NCBI GenBank assembly: GCA_019639255.1
Contig: JAHBSF010000002.1
Coordinates: 5,117-69,116 of the forward strand
Source: Acidobacteriota bacterium
GTDB taxonomy: Bacteria > Acidobacteriota > Blastocatellia > RBC074
Direction: 5' to 3'
DNA length: 64,000 nt
Both the position numbers and the translations under genes were made by a program. Within the stretch, counting starts at the first letter, position 1; every line of letters starts with the position of its first letter. Under the pieces are notes generated by a model. It saw only the letters and a program-made list of their open reading frames with translations, was not told where the DNA came from and did no database searches. Shown one piece after another: positions 9,426 to 19,420 of the stretch.

Positions 9426-11153
9426 ATGTTTTCCGTGAGTTCCGTTTCACTCCGCGTTTTCCGCGGTTTTTCTGTGCTGCTCGCGGCCGCAATCGTCGTA
9501 TACGTTTTGCCCTCGGCGCGCGCGATACTCGACGACGGCGATGCGCTTTATTCAACCGTTGCAGCGGAGATGATTTCGCGCAACGACTGGGTGACGCCGC
9601 AGGCGGGAGGCGTCCGTTTTCTGGACAAGCCGCCGCTGATGTACTGGCTCGTAGCCTTGTCCTACCTCGTCTTCGGCGTGAGCGAATGGGCGGCGCGGTT
9701 GCCTGCGGCGATCGGGATTTTTGCAACTGCATTGATGCTTGCATATCTCGGGAGGCGCGTTGCGGGGGATGACCGCGCGGGGATCGTCGCGGGTCTGATT
9801 TTCATTCTTTCGGCCGGCACGCTGTTTTTTACGCTCGAAGCCTTCCCCGACATATTTCTGGTTGTGTGCCTGACGGGTGCGGTGCTCTGTTTTCTGGAAC
9901 TGCATTGCGCGGAAAAACAATCTGTCTGGGCGGCTGCAGGACTGGGCGCGGCGCTTGCAGGAGCTACGCTTTCAAAAAGCCTGATCGGGATTTTCTTCCC
10001 GCTTGCGACAATCGCAGCGTTTCTGTTTGTCGAACGGAAACGGCCGCGCGTGACGTGGTCGCATATGGCGCTGATTGCTGCGGTGTTTGTTGGGATTGCA
10101 TTGCCGTGGCACGTCATTGCTGCGGCGCGCAATCCGGGATTTCTTTATCATTACTTCGTCAACGAACAGATATTGCGGTTTTTCGGACGGCGAGAACCGG
10201 TGGATTACGGGTCGATACCCGCGCCGATTTTCTGGGCGCTGCTGCTTGTGTGGCTGTTTCCGTGGAGTGCGTTTCTGCCTGCAACGTGGAGATTGCCCGG
10301 GGGCGATGAAAACAGGTCGGCAATAATCAGGATGAGCTGGTGCTGGGCGGGGGTAGTGATCGGTTTTTTTACGCTGTCGTCGCGGCTGGAACATTATTCG
10401 TTTCCGGCGCTGCCGCCGCTTGCGCTGCTCATCGGCATTGCGCTCGCAGATACGAATCGAAAGTCGATAAGCCGGAGTTTTACTGCGCTGGCGATGTTCG
10501 GCGTCGTACTCGGATTGGCGGCTGGGGGCATTGGCGTGTGGTGGAATGCAACGGGCGCGGAGATGTTCGCCGGAGCGGAGGCGGGTGCGCGCAGCCGTGC
10601 ATATACAAATCTTTTTTCGCCGCTTTTTGAGCTGCCTGCCGAAACGCGCGCAAAACTGATATGGCCGCTAGTAGGGGCGCTTGGCGTATTCGCGGCAGGG
10701 ACGGCGGCTGCGTGGTTGTGGGAGCGGCGCGGGAATCGACTTGCAGCATTCGGTTCGCTTGCCGCAATGATGGCCGTATTTTGTCTGCTTGCGCTCTACA
10801 GCCTGCGATTGTGCGAGGGGCTGCTTTCATCAAAGCCGTTCGGGTTGGCGCTCAAGGATCGGGAGGGTGCGCAGGTCATAGTCTGCGGCGATTACGAATC
10901 GGCGAATTCGATCCTGTTTTACGCGCCGGTGCGGTTGCTGCTTTATGAAGGAAGAGCGGATTCGATCGCCGCGGGGCTGCGTTATGACGATGCGCCGAAG
11001 ATGATGATTACGCGCGAAGAGGTGGATGTATTGCGCGGCGGAGAAGTCCGCGTATACCTGCTGGGGACGCGCAAACAGATTGAAGATCTGGGTTGGGATG
11101 CATCGCGCGCAGTACTCGGGCAGGGTGGGCGCCTGCTGGTGGTTAACCGCTGA
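9426..11153 (+). CDS. GT39/GT83-family polyprenyl-phosphate-sugar-dependent glycosyltransferase (ArnT / PMT-like), polytopic membrane protein
   Basis: It has the N-terminal 'DDGDALY...DKPPLMYW' loop typical of the ArnT/PMT family, followed by >10 TM helices. The start was chosen at 'MFSVSS' (codon 21 of the ORF). Starts at 9366 or 9399 cannot be excluded. Confidence 0.78.
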   Translation: MFSVSSVSLRVFRGFSVLLAAAIVVYVLPSARAILDDGDALYSTVAAEMISRNDWVTPQAGGVRFLDKPPLMYWLVALSYLVFGVSEWAARLPAAIGIFATALMLAYLGRRVAGDDRAGIVAGLIFILSAGTLFFTLEAFPDIFLVVCLTGAVLCFLELHCAEKQSVWAAAGLGAALAGATLSKSLIGIFFPLATIAAFLFVERKRPRVTWSHMALIAAVFVGIALPWHVIAAARNPGFLYHYFVNEQILRFFGRREPVDYGSIPAPIFWALLLVWLFPWSAFLPATWRLPGGDENRSAIIRMSWCWAGVVIGFFTLSSRLEHYSFPALPPLALLIGIALADTNRKSISRSFTALAMFGVVLGLAAGGIGVWWNATGAEMFAGAEAGARSRAYTNLFSPLFELPAETRAKLIWPLVGALGVFAAGTAAAWLWERRGNRLAAFGSLAAMMAVFCLLALYSLRLCEGLLSSKPFGLALKDREGAQVIVCGDYESANSILFYAPVRLLLYEGRADSIAAGLRYDDAPKMMITREEVDVLRGGEVRVYLLGTRKQIEDLGWDASRAVLGQGGRLLVVNR

Positions 11154-11245
11154 AGATGGATTGCGGGAGAGGCGGAAACACGGACGCGGAAGGCGCGGAA
11201 AAGCTGACCCGGCCTGTTCTTTTCCGCCTCTCCCGCGATCCATCT

Positions 11246-14200
11246 TCAGTACAGGAGTTTCAGTGCGAACTGGATCGAGCGCGGTCCGCCGACCTGGTAT
11301 CGTGAGTCGAGTCCTCCGCTTGTGCCGCCGGGGCCGAGTGTGCGGTTGAGCATTTGCAGCGGCCGTCCGAAGGTTGCCGTCGAATTAAGCACGCTGACCG
11401 GGTCGCCGAAATTCGGATGGTTGAAGAGATTGAAAAATTCCGTGCGGAACTGCAAACGCAACGCTTCGCCGAGTCTGAACTCCCGGCGCAGCGAGAAGTC
11501 GTACTGCTGTACGCCGAAGGCCCGCAGCGCGTTGCGTCCGAGCGTGCCCTGCCGGCCGCGCGGAGCTTCGCTGAAGGCCTCGCGATTGATCCGGCGTCCG
11601 CCCGGCGCCGTGGGGTCGTCGATGTAAATCGGCGCGCCGAGGACGAGATCCGGCCGTCGCACATTGGCGGTTATGTTGAGCGGATCGGGCGTCGTAGAGA
11701 CTACATTGACGGGCGTCCCGGTGCGCATCCTGACTATTGCGTCTATGCCCCAGCCGCCGAGCAGTTGTTTGCCGAACGGATTTGAAACCGGCGCCGGCAG
11801 GTTATAGCTGAGGCTGCCGATGAAATTATGGCGAACATCGAAGTTGGCCGGAGCGCGATCGAGTCTTGCATCGACCGGGAAGCCGGGCAGTCCGTCGGGC
11901 GGCAGCCCGGCTATGGTTTCATCCGAAACATCGTCGATGGCTTTCGACCAGGTATACGAAGTAAGCGCCGAAAATCCGCGCGCCAGTCTGCGCTGAAACT
12001 GCAATTGCAGCGCGTGGTAATCCGAAGTCGATTCGCTGCGCGTGACGAAGACCTGGGCGGTGTTGGAAAAAAGCGCCGGATTGATGGTCACGATCGCCGG
12101 AATTCCCTGCGCTGTATTGGCCGCCTGATTGCGCAAAAGAGTCGAGCGCAGCAATCCGCGCCCGATTGCGCCGACGTAAGACGCCGTTACGGTCTGACTG
12201 CGCCCAAGAGGGTTTTCCACCGCTACATTCCATTGCCGCGTTTCCGGCAGATCCAGATTTCGGTCGAAGACGAAAAACTGCGCCGAATAGGGCGGCGCGG
12301 TGTTGAACGGCAGCGGTGCGAGTGCAGAAGCAGGCGCCGGGAACTCGAGGTTTGTCGTCGTACGCACGGAATTGAACGGGAAGCTGCTGTAGCCGCGCAG
12401 AGCCGTGCCTGCGCCCAGGTCATAGAAGAGGCCGAACCCGGCGCGCACTACCGCGCCGCCGATCGCTTTCCACGATTCCGGCAGTTGATAGGAAACTCCC
12501 GCGCGCGGAGCAAAGTTGTCGTACCGCGTTTCCCACTGGCGAGTATTCGGCGGCGCCAGCGTCGCCGTCAGCGGATTGTCCAACCCCTCGATAGAATACG
12601 GCAGTACGCTGCTTGAAGGCGGCGGATTGAGTTCCCAGCGCAGGCCGTAGGTCAGTGTCAGTCGCGGCGCCAGCCGCCAGGTATCCTGCGCAAAGGCCGA
12701 GAAATTGTGGAAGAGAAAATCATTGACCGGGGCGAGCGCCTGCACCTGAAGCGACTGCGCCAGTCCGTCGGTTCGGAAAGTGCCGGCCGCAGCGTTGTAA
12801 AAACTGTAGGAATAGCCGAGCGAACGAGCTGCGGCGCGCGGAGTCAGCCGGCGGTAATCGACGCCGGCTTTCAGCTCGTGATTGCCTGCAACGAGTGTAA
12901 AGGTATCGACGAGGTTTATCTGCCGCTGGTCATTGCCGAGGGAGCGGCCCTGCGTCAGGCTGGTTACGAATGAACTCGCCGAGATGATGTTGAGGCTGAC
13001 CGAGGTGTTTTCGCGCGAGACGCCTGCGGGAAAGATCAGGCTGTCCGGAGGCAGCACCGCGCCGTCTACGGGCAGGCCGACGAATTCAAATCGTCCCTGG
13101 GTGCGGCTCCGGTTGATGCGCGCGTCGTTGATTGCGCGCGGCGAAATCGTCCAGGTCGCACCGGCCGTCAGCGTTTCGGAATCCAGATCGAACTGATTGT
13201 TCTGACTTGCGAAGGCGCGCGTAGTGTTGCTCGAAGGCGCCCGGTTGAAACGCGCAAAAACGTTGAGAGCGCTTCCAAAACGATGATCGATGCGCGTGCT
13301 GACGGCGTCGAACTGCGAAGGCAGCGAAACGGTCAGAAAGTAACGGCCCGTGTTGGCCGGATCACCGGGCTGCGAAGCAGCGTTGGGGAATGGAAACGCG
13401 TTGAGCACGTCGCGCAGCGGCCCCGTGACGGTTTGCCGGACCTCGCGCGACGGAACGATCCAGAACCGCGTTCCGAATTGCGGTTGCTTCAACCGCAGTC
13501 CCTCATACGAAAAGAAGAAAAATGTCCGGTCGCGGCCGTCGTAGCCGAATGGGCCGAAGAGTTTTTTCGGCAGCCGTATGGGGCCGCCGAGGAAGCCGCC
13601 GAACTGGTTCTGGCGCAGCGGCAGGCGTTTGACGCCGTCGCGGTTGGCGAACCAGTCGTTGGCGTCGAGCGCTTCGTTGCGGAAGTAGTCGAAGACGCCG
13701 CCCGTCAACCGGTTTTTGCCCGATCGCGTCGTGAGTGAAATCTGCGCGCCGGGCGAGCGGCCGAATTCGGGCGCATAGGTCGAGGTCTGTATGCGGAACT
13801 CTTCGAGCGCGTCGATCGAAACCAGGCTGTTGGTGCCGCCCAGAACCGTGAGGCCGGGCAGCGTGCCTCCGGCCTGCTGGTAACCCTGAGCGGAGGTGCT
13901 CGCGGCGACGTTGGCGCTGACGCCGTCGACGATGAAGATGTTGGCGTTGGTGCGTTGCCCGTTGACGCTGAACTGTCCCGGCGAATTGATGTTCGGTTTG
14001 GCCAGCACTACGCCGGGCGCGAGTTCGATCAGCGACTGAAAACTGCGGCCGTTAAGCGGCAGGTTTTCGACCGATTGCCGGTCTACAAGCGCGCCGACGG
14101 CAGGCGAATCTTTCTCGACGAGCGAGGAGCGTCCCTCGATCACGACCGTTTCTTCGATCTGTCCGGGACTGAGGGCGAAATTCTCGGCGACGTTGCCGCC

Positions 14201-14503
14201 GATGTGGAGAATCACCTGCTGTCTGACGCTCGTGCGGAAATCCGATTTCTGCACCGATACGCGGTAGACGCCCGGCGCAAGCTGCGGAATGACGTATAAC
14301 CCTTCGGTGTTGGTCGTGACCGTTACGGTGCGGCCTGTCGATGTCTCGACCGCTTCGACCTTGGCTCCGGGCACGGCTGCGCCGCCGGCGTCCGTGACGC
14401 GGCCCGAGAGCGTTGACTGTACAACGTAGATCCCGGCCGCAGCCGTCGAATGAACGGCAATCGACAGCCACGCGATCAATACTGATTTGAGAAATAACTT
14501 CAT
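11246..14503 (-). CDS. TonB-dependent receptor (CarboxypepD_reg N-domain + plug + 22-strand barrel)
   Basis: The start was set at 'MKLFLKSVLIAWLSIAVHSTAAA', a signal peptide at codon 82 of the ORF. 'GRVTDAGGAAVPGAKVEAVETSTGRTVTVTTNTEGLYVIPQLAPGVYRVSVQKSDF' follows. The C-terminal '...QFALKLLY' ends in an aromatic residue. Confidence 0.8.
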   Translation of the reverse strand: MKLFLKSVLIAWLSIAVHSTAAAGIYVVQSTLSGRVTDAGGAAVPGAKVEAVETSTGRTVTVTTNTEGLYVIPQLAPGVYRVSVQKSDFRTSVRQQVILHIGGNVAENFALSPGQIEETVVIEGRSSLVEKDSPAVGALVDRQSVENLPLNGRSFQSLIELAPGVVLAKPNINSPGQFSVNGQRTNANIFIVDGVSANVAASTSAQGYQQAGGTLPGLTVLGGTNSLVSIDALEEFRIQTSTYAPEFGRSPGAQISLTTRSGKNRLTGGVFDYFRNEALDANDWFANRDGVKRLPLRQNQFGGFLGGPIRLPKKLFGPFGYDGRDRTFFFFSYEGLRLKQPQFGTRFWIVPSREVRQTVTGPLRDVLNAFPFPNAASQPGDPANTGRYFLTVSLPSQFDAVSTRIDHRFGSALNVFARFNRAPSSNTTRAFASQNNQFDLDSETLTAGATWTISPRAINDARINRSRTQGRFEFVGLPVDGAVLPPDSLIFPAGVSRENTSVSLNIISASSFVTSLTQGRSLGNDQRQINLVDTFTLVAGNHELKAGVDYRRLTPRAAARSLGYSYSFYNAAAGTFRTDGLAQSLQVQALAPVNDFLFHNFSAFAQDTWRLAPRLTLTYGLRWELNPPPSSSVLPYSIEGLDNPLTATLAPPNTRQWETRYDNFAPRAGVSYQLPESWKAIGGAVVRAGFGLFYDLGAGTALRGYSSFPFNSVRTTTNLEFPAPASALAPLPFNTAPPYSAQFFVFDRNLDLPETRQWNVAVENPLGRSQTVTASYVGAIGRGLLRSTLLRNQAANTAQGIPAIVTINPALFSNTAQVFVTRSESTSDYHALQLQFQRRLARGFSALTSYTWSKAIDDVSDETIAGLPPDGLPGFPVDARLDRAPANFDVRHNFIGSLSYNLPAPVSNPFGKQLLGGWGIDAIVRMRTGTPVNVVSTTPDPLNITANVRRPDLVLGAPIYIDDPTAPGGRRINREAFSEAPRGRQGTLGRNALRAFGVQQYDFSLRREFRLGEALRLQFRTEFFNLFNHPNFGDPVSVLNSTATFGRPLQMLNRTLGPGGTSGGLDSRYQVGGPRSIQFALKLLY

Positions 14504-14766
14504 GACGATCCTCTGTTGCCGGCCCTCTGTTACAGATTTGAACCAATACCGCAATGTACGTTGCCGAACCCGATGCGACCATGTATTTCCAATGGCCGGT
14601 CGATATTCGTAGATGAACTGACTGAAGGATTCGATGAACCGACGAGCGTTTAAGGATGCGTTGCAAAGAAAAAGGAAAAATGAGGAGGTGGAATAAAACG
14701 GTATGGACGGGAGTTGCGATTCTTTTTGGGTGAATTTTGTCTTCATATTGCGTATAGTCCGCGTTC

Positions 14767-15612
14767 TTGTTTTATCGCGTTATGGAGGTCATTGAAGTGA
14801 ATCGGATAGTTGTATTTGCGATTTTTGTGTTTTCGTTTTCGATTTCCGGGCGCAGCGCGTCGCCCGCGTGTTTTCCGTTCGAGACGCTGCCGCCGGAACT
14901 GCGCGCGAAGTCGGAGGAGATGCTGCTCAAAGCGCTCGATACAGAGGCGCTTTACACAATCGTCGGAGGCTTGAAGCCGATGAGCAGCGGGTTTGCTTCG
15001 TTCAAATTCAACGTAGCGAATCCCGATCTGACGGGGATCGAACAAGCGCGGCGGATGCTTTCGGTCTGGCGCTGCGGCGATGAAATCTACGCCGATATCC
15101 ATCATTTCGCCCGCATCTACGAAGGCGTTCGGCACGCCGAAGGCGTGATATTTCACCGATCGGCTCTCGCTGCGACGATCGAACGGCACACGGGATTTTT
15201 CGCTCCGTACGGATTGACGGCGAGCGCGCATCCGATAGAAGTGCTGATGGCGATCGAATACAGCGCTCAGGGACCGCGCTGGCGCGGGCAGGGGTATATG
15301 TTCGGGTTTCCAGATGCGGCCGTGGATTTCTTCGTCGCGGCAGGCGAGCAACAGGAAATTACGGGCCGGATGGTTGAACGCGATTTTATTTCGATTCCGA
15401 CCTATTCTTCGCCGACGAATCGTTTCGTATGGGCCGTGCCGAAAGGTTATGTGGAAAACGAAAGCGATCGACGGTTGCGCGCCGAGGCCGAAGCCATACT
15501 TTCCGAATACCGCACGCGCCGCACCCGGTACATCGGCCCTGGCAAAAAGGGCGTTGCGCGTATGCTGCGCGACTGGTTCGAGGACCGCAGAAAAATGAAA
15601 CGCGCAGCATGA
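14767..15612 (+). CDS. Hypothetical secreted protein
   Basis: 281-aa ORF with a hydrophobic N-terminus ('VNRIVVFAIFVFSFSISG'). A GTG start at ~14797 is possible. No family was recognised. Confidence 0.45.
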   Translation: MFYRVMEVIEVNRIVVFAIFVFSFSISGRSASPACFPFETLPPELRAKSEEMLLKALDTEALYTIVGGLKPMSSGFASFKFNVANPDLTGIEQARRMLSVWRCGDEIYADIHHFARIYEGVRHAEGVIFHRSALAATIERHTGFFAPYGLTASAHPIEVLMAIEYSAQGPRWRGQGYMFGFPDAAVDFFVAAGEQQEITGRMVERDFISIPTYSSPTNRFVWAVPKGYVENESDRRLRAEAEAILSEYRTRRTRYIGPGKKGVARMLRDWFEDRRKMKRAA

Positions 15613-15708
15613 AAGAGGCGCCATGGAAGGCGCGGAAACACCGATGCGAAAGGCGCGAAAAAGCTAACCGGGCGGATTCTTTTCCGCGTCTTCCGCGGTC
15701 TTTCCCGA

Positions 15709-16722
15709 TCAGATTTCCACCACGGCCTTGATGAACCGGCTGCGCGGATCGAGCCAATGCTGAAACTGCGCAATCAGGTCGTCGAGCGTGGCGCGGTGCG
15801 TGATCCACGGATCAATGTCTATGTCATTTTCTTCGAGAAGATTCATAACGAATCTGAAATCCGCAGCCGTCGCGTTGCGGCTGCATATGATCGTCAGTTC
15901 GCGGCGATGCGCGTCCGGGTCGTGAAACGTCAGATCGCCCTGAAAGAGTCCTACCAGAACGATTCTCCCGCCGTGCGACGGCAGATCGAACGACGCATTC
16001 ATCGAACTTGGATTGCCGGTCGCCTCGAAAACCAGCGTGGGCATATCGCCCGATGTTATTTCCAGCAGTTTTTTTGCGGCGTCGTTTCCGGCTTCGATAG
16101 TCGCTTCGACGTTGAAATGCCGAGCGGCGAAATCGAGACGCTCACGGTTGATGTCCATCACGATTACGCGAGCGCCTGCGGCTGCGGCGAACTGAATCAC
16201 GGAAAGCCCTATCGGGCCTGCGCCGACGACGAGTGCATATTCCCCGGCTTCGATCTGCGCGCGCGCAACGGCGTGCGCTCCGATCGAGAGCGGTTCGACG
16301 AGCGCGAGTTGATCGAGCGAGAGAGCATCCGACCGGTGAAGTTTCGAGGTCGGGACCGCCATCTGCTCGCACATTCCGCCGTCTATGTGCACGCCGAACA
16401 GTTGCAACCGCGCGCAGCAGTTGGTTCGGCCGCGTCGGCAGGCCGTGCACGCGCCGCAATTCATATACGGCTCGATTGCGCACCTGTCTCCGGCCTTCAA
16501 GCCATCCGCATTTTCGCCGACTTCGATGATTTCTCCGGCGAGTTCGTGACCGGGCACGCGCGGGTAGGAGAAAAACGGCTGTTTCCCCCTGAATGCGCGC
16601 AGATCGGTGCCGCACACTCCGACGCGGCGAATGCGCACCAGAGCTTCGCCTTTATTCGGCTGGGGAAACGATCGGTCGGCGGTGGAGAAATGTCCGGGGC
16701 AGTCGAGTACAATGGTTTTCAT
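15709..16722 (-). CDS. Zn-dependent medium-chain alcohol/polyol dehydrogenase (sorbitol/threonine dehydrogenase-like)
   Basis: It has 'GVCGTDLRAF...GHELAGEI' (catalytic Zn), 'CGACTACRRGRTNCC' (structural Zn) and a 'LVVGAGPIGL' Rossmann motif. Confidence 0.85.
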   Translation of the reverse strand: MKTIVLDCPGHFSTADRSFPQPNKGEALVRIRRVGVCGTDLRAFRGKQPFFSYPRVPGHELAGEIIEVGENADGLKAGDRCAIEPYMNCGACTACRRGRTNCCARLQLFGVHIDGGMCEQMAVPTSKLHRSDALSLDQLALVEPLSIGAHAVARAQIEAGEYALVVGAGPIGLSVIQFAAAAGARVIVMDINRERLDFAARHFNVEATIEAGNDAAKKLLEITSGDMPTLVFEATGNPSSMNASFDLPSHGGRIVLVGLFQGDLTFHDPDAHRRELTIICSRNATAADFRFVMNLLEENDIDIDPWITHRATLDDLIAQFQHWLDPRSRFIKAVVEI

Positions 16723-17012
16723 GGCTGAATAGAATACGGCAAGATTCGTAATCGACGTAATAACTCGATACGGAATTCAGCGGCCCGCGATGGACGGGAG
16801 AATGATTCAAATCGTTTACAGGCTCAGAGATGACGGTAACCTTATCAACCATTATTGGAGCGATTCAAGCGGGTCAAAGCCATTCGTTGACTAATCGACT
16901 GGTATTGCATATTTATCATCACATTTAACACCCGGGATTTTGCGGGTTTGGAACAGTTTGGATCAAGAGTTCCGGGGCCCAAAGCATTCTTGCAATTGAT
17001 AGGAGAAATAAA

Positions 17013-17072
17013 ATGAGCACTATTAGCTTGCGATTGCCGGAATCGCTCCACAAGAGCGTGCGTACCCAGTAA
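17013..17072 (+). pseudogene. Truncated N-terminal fragment of a HicB/ribbon-helix-helix antitoxin-like gene (MSTISLRLPESLHKSVRTQ*)
   Basis: A good AGGAGA Shine-Dalgarno sits 7 nt upstream of the ATG. 'ISLRLPESLH' is the classic RHH antitoxin N-terminus. The ORF stops after 19 codons inside repeat family 3 copy 2. The surrounding ~300 bp is conspicuously AT-richer than the rest of the window. Confidence 0.35.
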
Positions 17073-17139
17073 TGTGTCCCCATGTTTCGTGGTCTGATTT
17101 AGATTGGCACATAGCATGAACTGGAAGAGAAACCGCGGA
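17056..17139 (+). repeat. Repeat family 3, copy 2 (~84 bp) immediately upstream of the SnoaL-like gene
   Basis: 'GCGTGCGTACCCAGTAATGTGTCCCCATGTTTCGTGGTCTGATTTAGATTG...GAAGAGAAACCGCGGA' matches 9303..9389 with a few substitutions. Confidence 0.5.
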
Positions 17140-17161
17140 GTACGCATCGAAGGAGACGACG

Positions 17162-17569
17162 ATGGACACTGCAAAGTTGCAGGAGTTCGGAGCGAGATAC
17201 ACCACAGCCTGGTGCAGTCAGAACGCGGCCGGCGTTGCGGCGTTCTTTGCGGAGCGGGGCTCGCTGAAGATCAATGATGGGGTTCCTTCTGTAGGCCGAA
17301 CAGCGATCACTGCGGCGGCGCAGGGCTTCATGACCGCCTTCCCTGACATGGTCGTGACGATGGACGGGGTGAGCGTCGAGGGGGATCGGGCTGTCTACCG
17401 CTGGACCCTGACTGGGACAAACACCGGCCCAGGAGGTACAGGCAAGACTGTGCGTATCAGTGGGTATGAGGAATGGACGATTGGCGAGGACGGTTTGCTC
17501 GCGGAGTCGAAGGGGCATTTCGATGAGGCGGAGTATAATCGCCAATTGAAAGTTGAAGGTCGGCTTTGA
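17162..17569 (+). CDS. SnoaL-like / NTF2-like (ester cyclase family) protein
   Basis: 135 aa. 'YTTAWCSQNAAGVAAFFAERGSLKINDG...' is typical of the SnoaL polyketide-cyclase-like fold. An SD 'GGAGACGA' precedes the ATG. Confidence 0.65.
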   Translation: MDTAKLQEFGARYTTAWCSQNAAGVAAFFAERGSLKINDGVPSVGRTAITAAAQGFMTAFPDMVVTMDGVSVEGDRAVYRWTLTGTNTGPGGTGKTVRISGYEEWTIGEDGLLAESKGHFDEAEYNRQLKVEGRL

Positions 17570-17630
17570 TAGGAAGTAGAGATTCCGCCTCACACCTAGA
17601 CCGGATTTCAATTGCATATATGGGACGAAA

Positions 17631-17691
17631 GCTGATGTCGGGACACATTTCGTCAGCCCCTGACGGGGCGAAGAAATGTGTCCCGACATCA
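17631..17691 (+). terminator. Nested perfect hairpin (CTGATGTCGGGACACATTTC-GTCAGCCCCTGAC-GGGGCGAA-GAAATGTGTCCCGACATCAG) 60 bp downstream of the SnoaL-like gene, flanked by direct repeats GGGACGAAAG
   Basis: Direct read. It has a 20-bp outer stem plus a palindromic inner stem. It lacks a strong U-tract, so it could be an RNA-stability or REP-like element rather than an intrinsic terminator. Confidence 0.4.
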
Positions 17692-17888
17692 GGGACGAAA
17701 GGCCATTTTGTCTGATAATCGGGGGTAAAATGCCTTGTGAAACCCCTACATGCAATCAAGAGCCGATCTGATATATTGGAGCGTTCACCGCTAATCCCGA
17801 TAATCGATATGGAAGTGATCGGTCAATTATCAAATTTTGCAGCCCAGTCTTCTTTCTGGGCTGTTACAGCGGTTTCGATTTTGGTGTT

Positions 17889-18064
17889 CAGTACTCTGCC
17901 AATTAAGTTCTATGAGTTTTTCAGCCGCGAAGCGGCGAAAGATCTGTAGCCCAGGGCGGCGAGCCCTGGGTGAGTGTAGAGAAGCGGCGCCAGCCCCGGA
18001 GGGGCGGAAGATCTTTCGCCTCTTCGCGGCTGAAAAATTCTAAGAACTTTGTTTACCGAGTACT
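17889..18064. repeat. Palindromic element family 2, copy 2 (shorter, ~175 bp; diverged left tip, core in opposite orientation to copy 1)
   Basis: 'GAGTTTTTCAGCCGCGAAGCGGCGAAAGATCTGTAGCCC ... GGCGGAAGATCTTTCGCCTCTTCGCGGCTGAAAAATTCTAAGAACTTTGTTTACCGAGTACT'. Confidence 0.6.
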
Positions 18065-18098
18065 AATGCGCACAGGCAATGGAATGGCGCATAAGTAA

Positions 18099-19340
<1,242 letters not shown>

Positions 19341-19420
19341 CCGACCAGTGCGGCGGCGCGAGCAATGTGCGAAGCAAGCATAATTCAGAGTAGATCAGAC
19401 CGCTCGCATTCAACCTAAAT

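Noticed and set aside
17100-17120. TTGGCACatagcaTGA resembling a sigma-54 -24/-12 promoter upstream of the SnoaL-like gene; also TGGCACGtcaTTGCT at ~10107 inside the GT39 gene
   Set aside because: The GG-to-GC spacing is off by 1-2 nt from the TGGCAC-N5-TTGC consensus. The second site is intragenic. Both are probably chance matches in GC-rich DNA.
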